Below are positions 59,322-64,000 of a DNA stretch of 64,000 nt, one piece after another. The stretch is from an uncultured delta proteobacterium (GTDB lineage Bacteria > Desulfobacterota > Binatia > UBA9968): positions 352,001 to 416,000 of the forward strand of contig CAVSHR010000002.1 in the NCBI GenBank assembly GCA_963727625.1, read 5' to 3'. Position 1 is the stretch's first letter. The number at the start of each line of letters is the position of its first letter. The notes beneath the pieces are model-generated. The model worked only from the letters and a program-made list of their open reading frames with translations. It had not been told where the DNA came from and did no database searches. The translations under genes and the position numbers were made by a program.

Positions 59322-60059
59322 ATGGTTTCATCTTTTCTGCGATCCGATCTGGCCCCGACGGGCAAAATCCGAGTTGGAATCAACTATGGCAATCCGGTGC
59401 TCGCATCCAAGAATCTATCCAGCGGCGAGCTCTCCGGTGTGGCGGTCGATCTCTCGCGCGAGCTTGGTCGGCGCGTTGAACTGACGGTAGAGCTCGTGGG
59501 CTACGACGCGGCGGGAAAGATGTTCGACGCGGTGAAAACCGGGGCTTGGGACATCGCGTTTCTCGCAGTCGATCCGGGACGGGCCGGCGAGATCGATTTC
59601 ACCGCGCCTTATATCGAAATAGAAGGGACGTATCTTGTGCCTCCCGGATCGCCGTTTCGCGCCGTCGAGGAAGTCGACCGCGCCGGCGTACGCATCGGCA
59701 TATCGGCCAAGAGCGCCTATGATTTGTATTTGAGCCGCTCGATCAAGCAGGCCGAATTGGTGCGCGCATCCGGTCCCAATGCCGCATTTGAACTACTTCT
59801 AGAAGGCAAAGTGGACGTGGTCGCGGGCGTACGCCAACATCTCGATGCCAGCACGGCCAAGCTTGCCGGCGCGCGGGTGTTCGACGGCCGTTTCATGGCG
59901 ATTCAACAAGCGCTCGGTATCCAAAAAGGCCGCGCAGAAAGCGCTAAATACCTGCGCTCATTCATCGAAGATGTGAAAGCCTCGGGATTTGTCGCTCAGG
60001 CGATCGAAAAATCCGGCGTGCGCGGCGTTTTGGTTGCGCCTCCGGCTGCGCTTGACTAG
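59322..60059 (+). CDS. Family 3 ABC substrate-binding-like protein
   Basis: LAPTGKIRVGIN.GN, WDIAFLA.DP.R, IDFTAPY. Confidence 0.85.
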   Translation: MVSSFLRSDLAPTGKIRVGINYGNPVLASKNLSSGELSGVAVDLSRELGRRVELTVELVGYDAAGKMFDAVKTGAWDIAFLAVDPGRAGEIDFTAPYIEIEGTYLVPPGSPFRAVEEVDRAGVRIGISAKSAYDLYLSRSIKQAELVRASGPNAAFELLLEGKVDVVAGVRQHLDASTAKLAGARVFDGRFMAIQQALGIQKGRAESAKYLRSFIEDVKASGFVAQAIEKSGVRGVLVAPPAALD

Positions 60060-60543
60060 CGCGGCGCCGAGATATCCACGCTCCTCTCCAGACCGTGACC
60101 TGCGGCGGTTAAAGTCACGGGATCGACAGACGATATTCTTCCCTTGGTTCGCGCGAACTCATCGCGCTCGATTTTGGCAATTCGAATCTTCCGGCGCTTT
60201 TGCGCTTGTCCGCAGGTTCCCAAAGGAAGAACCTGAAGTCATCAGAAAATTTTTCGGTCGCAGAGATCGCACATAGCCGGGTAGGTCGCTTTGGGCCGGA
60301 CTCATGGAATGAGGCGATTTCTGCCGTTTTCGTCCCCCTTGACCGAAACCTTGCGTATTTATAGGGTGGCGCAGATCCGTTGCGGCGGCTACTCGCTTCA
60401 TTGATCCAACCTCGTCCGACAGAGTCTCCTCCAACGGATCGGCGGCAATTCAATTCAAAAGCGGCTCGGCTGTTTTTGGTTTCTCGCGGAACGCGATTCG
60501 AATCGAGCAATTTCTGCCCCCAAACGATGCAGGAGGAGGAAAA

Positions 60544-61524
60544 ATGAAAAAGATCGGTTGGTTTTCAGCTCTCGCTTTTTTTCTTGGTGGCTTGGCGACG
60601 ACCTCCCTCGCGGCGGCGGATTTGAAAACGGTGAAGATGGTGATTCCCCGGAGCAGCACCTTCGTGTTGAGCTATTTTGGCGCGCGCGACGCAGGGATTT
60701 TCCGCAAGCACGGCATCGAGGTCGAAGTGGACGCCCGTCCCTTTGCCGGGTTCCTGTCGGCTCTGCCGGGCAGGCAGGTTTTTGTCGGCACCTACGCCGG
60801 TCTCAATGCCATCGATCAGATGAACAACGGCAAGGACATGATCGTCATCGGCGGCGGTTTGACCTCGATGCAAGATGTCTGGGTGCGCAAGGACTCGCCT
60901 TTGAAAAAACTGTCCGATCTCAGAGGCAAGAAGCTCGGCGTCTGGTCGAGAGGCGCCGGCGCCACCAAAGCGCTGGAAGTGCTGTCGATGGACGGTTTCA
61001 AGTTGAATATCAATAAGGATCTCGAAACGATCGAGATCGCCGGCCCCGCTCTGGCGGCCCTGTTGGACAGGGGTGAAGTGGATGCGATGTTCAACCTGAG
61101 CTCGCTCTCGATCGCGGCCGCGGCGCAGCCGGACAAGTATCGCGTGCTGTTCAGCCCCGACGATTACTGGAAGGAGAAGACCGGCGCACCGTTGGTCTGG
61201 TCCGCGCCGACCGTTGCCTGGAAGGATTGGATCGACGAGGACCGCCAGCGCGCCAAGAATCTCGTTGACGCGCTGCACGAGTCGTGGCAGTGGCTGCGCC
61301 GGAACTCGGACAAGGCCGTGGAAAAGTACGGCAAGCTCGCCGGCGTGCGGAATGCCGCCGAAGCCGCGACGCTCAAAAAGATGCTCCAGGCGGGCGGCAT
61401 CTTTCTCGACAAGTGGAACCCGAAGATCGTCGATGCGCAGTGGCAGTTTCTCCAGTTGGCCAAAGAAGCGGGCATCATCAAGGCGGTACCCGCCAAAGCT
61501 CAACACTCTTTAATCTTGCGCTAG
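60544..61524 (+). CDS. NMT1/TauA-type ABC substrate-binding protein
   Basis: Signal peptide; GIFRKHGIEV, SDLRGKKLG, L.RGEVDA; GGAGG RBS. Confidence 0.88.
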   Translation: MKKIGWFSALAFFLGGLATTSLAAADLKTVKMVIPRSSTFVLSYFGARDAGIFRKHGIEVEVDARPFAGFLSALPGRQVFVGTYAGLNAIDQMNNGKDMIVIGGGLTSMQDVWVRKDSPLKKLSDLRGKKLGVWSRGAGATKALEVLSMDGFKLNINKDLETIEIAGPALAALLDRGEVDAMFNLSSLSIAAAAQPDKYRVLFSPDDYWKEKTGAPLVWSAPTVAWKDWIDEDRQRAKNLVDALHESWQWLRRNSDKAVEKYGKLAGVRNAAEAATLKKMLQAGGIFLDKWNPKIVDAQWQFLQLAKEAGIIKAVPAKAQHSLILR

Positions 61525-61537
61525 CGAAAGCGACCTC

Positions 61538-62302
61538 GTGAAGTTCTTCAGGCCAGAAAAATTGCCTGGCCTCCTTTCAATGGTCGGACTTCTGCTGCTG
61601 TGGAAGGCCGTGTCGTGGTTCTTTCTGCCGACTTTTCTCCCATCGCCAGGGGAGCTCCTAGCCAACGTCGTGTCGATATTCAGCAGCCCGTCGGCCTATC
61701 TCGTCGTCGGCAAGACCTTGCAACGAGTCTTTGTCGGACTCATCCTCTCCATGGTTATTGGATCCTCCATGGGCCTGATTATGGGACTGCGCCGGTCGGT
61801 GGGAAGTTTTTTAGATAGCTGGGTCATGGTGCTCTTGACCTTCCCGGCGATCTCGTGGGCGTTTCTCTCCGTGCTCTGGTTCGGTTTGTCCGAAATCGCG
61901 CCGATATTCACCGTTGTGCTGATCGTCTTTCCCTACGTCACGATGAACGTCTGGGAAGGCACCAAAGCGCTGGACAAGGAGCTCACCGACATGGCGACGG
62001 TTTTCCGGGCGAAGCGTTTCTTGTTTCTGCGCAAAGTCTTGATCCCGCAGCTCATGCCTTTTCTATTTTCCTCGCTGCGCATCAGCTTCGCGCTGTCGTG
62101 GAAAATCGCCCTGGTGAGCGAAGCCTTCGGCGCCGGCCGCGGTGTCGGCAAAGAACTGATGTACTGGTTTCAGGGAACGAGGGCCGACATGATGCTCGCC
62201 TGGGGTGCCAGCTTCATGGTGCTGATGGTTTTGATCGACACTCTGGTTCTGCGGCGCTGGGAGAACCGGGTTTTTTCCTGGAGACCCCTAGCGGCGAGAT
62301 GA
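61538..62302 (+). CDS. NitT/TauT ABC permease
   Basis: LPSP, TLQRV, WFGLSE, IPQLMP, SWKIAL..E. Confidence 0.9.
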   Translation: MKFFRPEKLPGLLSMVGLLLLWKAVSWFFLPTFLPSPGELLANVVSIFSSPSAYLVVGKTLQRVFVGLILSMVIGSSMGLIMGLRRSVGSFLDSWVMVLLTFPAISWAFLSVLWFGLSEIAPIFTVVLIVFPYVTMNVWEGTKALDKELTDMATVFRAKRFLFLRKVLIPQLMPFLFSSLRISFALSWKIALVSEAFGAGRGVGKELMYWFQGTRADMMLAWGASFMVLMVLIDTLVLRRWENRVFSWRPLAAR

Positions 62303-62310
62303 GGACAACC

Positions 62311-63087
62311 ATGTCGTCTCAGGCGGTGGTGATCGAAGGGTTGAGCAAAAAGTTTCCGAGCCCCAGCGGGTTCGGCGAATTCGCGGTCATCGAGTCCTTG
62401 AGCCTGCAAATTTCCCGCGGCAGCTTCGCCAGCATCGTCGGACCCTCCGGCTGCGGCAAGAGCACGCTGCTCAATATCATCGCCGGCATCGAACCGCACG
62501 ACTCGGGCGAAGTGCGCATCGTCGCGCAAGATGGCGCCGATTCCGGCGCGCGCATCGGTTACGTGTTTCAGAGCCCGCGATTGCTCAACTGGCTTACCGT
62601 GGAAGACAACCTCAAGTTTGCTCTCGAAGCGCAGAACATCGGTCGCGCCATCTGGGGCGAGCGGGTGCGGAAATATCTCGACATGGTGGGACTCGCCGGG
62701 CAGGAGCGCAATTTTCCGCTCAAGCTTTCCGGCGGCATGCAGCAGAGGGTGGCGATCGCGCGCGCCCTGGCGATCGAGCCCGACATCCTGTTGATGGACG
62801 AGCCGTTCAGCCATCTCGACGAAATTACCGCGCGCAAGATGCGCGTCGACTTGATGCATATTTTAGAGCGCGCCCGGCCGACGATTCTGTTTGTCACCCA
62901 TTCATTGCGCGAAGCGGTTTTCCTCTCGGAAGAAATTTATATGATGAGCGTCAAGCCGGCGCGTGTCTTCAAGCACCTGCGCGTGGATATCCCGCGGCCG
63001 CGCGAGCCGGAGGATTCGCGCTTGTTCGATCTGGAGAAAGACTTGGTCAAGGAATTCTTTGCGGTACTGGAGCAGGACCAGCGATGA
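62311..63087 (+). CDS. NitT/TauT ABC ATP-binding protein
   Basis: GPSGCGKST, LSGGMQQR, MDEPFSHLD, IPRPR; true start ATG at 62311 (or 62299). Confidence 0.93.
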   Translation: MSSQAVVIEGLSKKFPSPSGFGEFAVIESLSLQISRGSFASIVGPSGCGKSTLLNIIAGIEPHDSGEVRIVAQDGADSGARIGYVFQSPRLLNWLTVEDNLKFALEAQNIGRAIWGERVRKYLDMVGLAGQERNFPLKLSGGMQQRVAIARALAIEPDILLMDEPFSHLDEITARKMRVDLMHILERARPTILFVTHSLREAVFLSEEIYMMSVKPARVFKHLRVDIPRPREPEDSRLFDLEKDLVKEFFAVLEQDQR

Positions 63088-63854
63088 ATAAACCGATCTG
63101 GCTGCGCTGTTTGTCGATCGTTTCCTTCCTCGGCGTCTGGTGGGTGGGATCGCTCTTCAGCGCGCCGGAGATTTTGCCCGGCCCGCTCGCCATCGGCGCA
63201 ACGATTGTGAGCAATTTCACCACGCCGGGACCGGAAGACAAAACCGCGGAGTTTCACATCGCCATCACGCTGGCGCGAATATTCTTCACCTTCAGCATCG
63301 CGATGGTGCTGGGCATCGCCCTCGGTTTGATCTTGGGGCTGAGCCGCAAGATGGAAATGGCCTTCGGTTACTTAATTCCGATCTCGTTGACGATTCCGAC
63401 GCTCCTGGCGGTGTTTCTCTGCGTCATGTGGTTCGGCTTCAGCGAGGCTGGGGGGCTCTTTGCCGTGATCATGACGGTCACGCCTTTCGTCACCGTGAAC
63501 ATGCTCGCCGGAACCAAGGCGTTGGACAAAGAGCTGATCGACATGGCCCATGCCTTCAAAGCCAGCCGCAGCCTATTGATCCGCAAGGTGCTGATCTGGC
63601 AGCTCATGCCGTATATTTTTTCGGCCTTTCGCTACGCCTTCGGCATGACCTGGAAGATCGTCGCGCTGGCCGAGACCTTCGGCCTCAAGTATGGCATCGG
63701 CTACATGTTCACGTTTTGGTTCGAGCAGTTCAATATGGCGCAGGTGATGGCATGGATTGTTCTTTTCGTCGCGCTCATGTTGATCCTCGAACACGGCGTG
63801 ATCGCGCGCGTCGAGGAAAAACTCTTTGCCTGGCGCCCGGTGCGCGCGGGTTAG
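63084..63854 (+). CDS. NitT/TauT ABC permease (second)
   Basis: ILPGP, TLARI, WFGFSE, WKIVALAE. Confidence 0.9.
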   Translation: MNKPIWLRCLSIVSFLGVWWVGSLFSAPEILPGPLAIGATIVSNFTTPGPEDKTAEFHIAITLARIFFTFSIAMVLGIALGLILGLSRKMEMAFGYLIPISLTIPTLLAVFLCVMWFGFSEAGGLFAVIMTVTPFVTVNMLAGTKALDKELIDMAHAFKASRSLLIRKVLIWQLMPYIFSAFRYAFGMTWKIVALAETFGLKYGIGYMFTFWFEQFNMAQVMAWIVLFVALMLILEHGVIARVEEKLFAWRPVRAG

Positions 63855-64000
63855 CTCGGATCGCGCGCCGCTCCGGCGTTCTGTCGCGAGTCAAACGTTC
63901 GTTAAAATTTTGGGGTTTTCTGGTTTTCCCGTGAAGAAGAATTCACCACAGGGATCCAGTGCGGCAAAGCCGCAACCAAAGTCGAAAAAGTCATTCCACC

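Noticed and set aside
61855-62310. N-terminal extension of the 410-aa ABC ATPase ORF
   Set aside because: It overlaps the permease in another frame; the real start is ATG 62311/62299 with a GAGGA RBS.
1-64000. tRNA (including tRNA-Sec), rRNA and sel genes
   Set aside because: None recognised by eye in this window; the Sec machinery must be verified elsewhere in the genome.

Overview
GC-rich bacterial chromosomal window. Gene content and intergenic palindromes are reminiscent of Deltaproteobacteria-like/Ca. Binatia genomes (inference only). It contains two-component and sigma54 regulators, pyrimidine/N-heterocycle catabolic genes (pyrR, pyrE, M20 amidohydrolase, amidase, xanthine-dehydrogenase-family Mo enzyme, cyclic amidohydrolase), several ABC transporters, a UbiD decarboxylase, a c-di-GMP-I (GEMM) riboswitch upstream of a secreted repeat protein, and a RAYT-type HUH transposase with terminal inverted repeats. 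The main discovery lies at ~33.7-40.0 kb, where five ORFs that the ORF track splits or truncates each carry one in-frame TGA exactly at a catalytic Cys position: three AhpD/CMD-family CxxU proteins, one OsmC-family protein and one peroxiredoxin-like UxxC protein. Four of these TGAs are followed by clear bacterial SECIS-like hairpins (with base-pair covariation among the AhpD paralogs) and the fifth by a weaker one. This points to a dense selenoprotein cluster built around a cobalamin/2x[4Fe-4S] reductive-dehalogenase/QueG-like enzyme and a Cys-type GST. No selA/B/C/D genes are visible in this window. All functional calls come from motif recognition by eye, not database searches.
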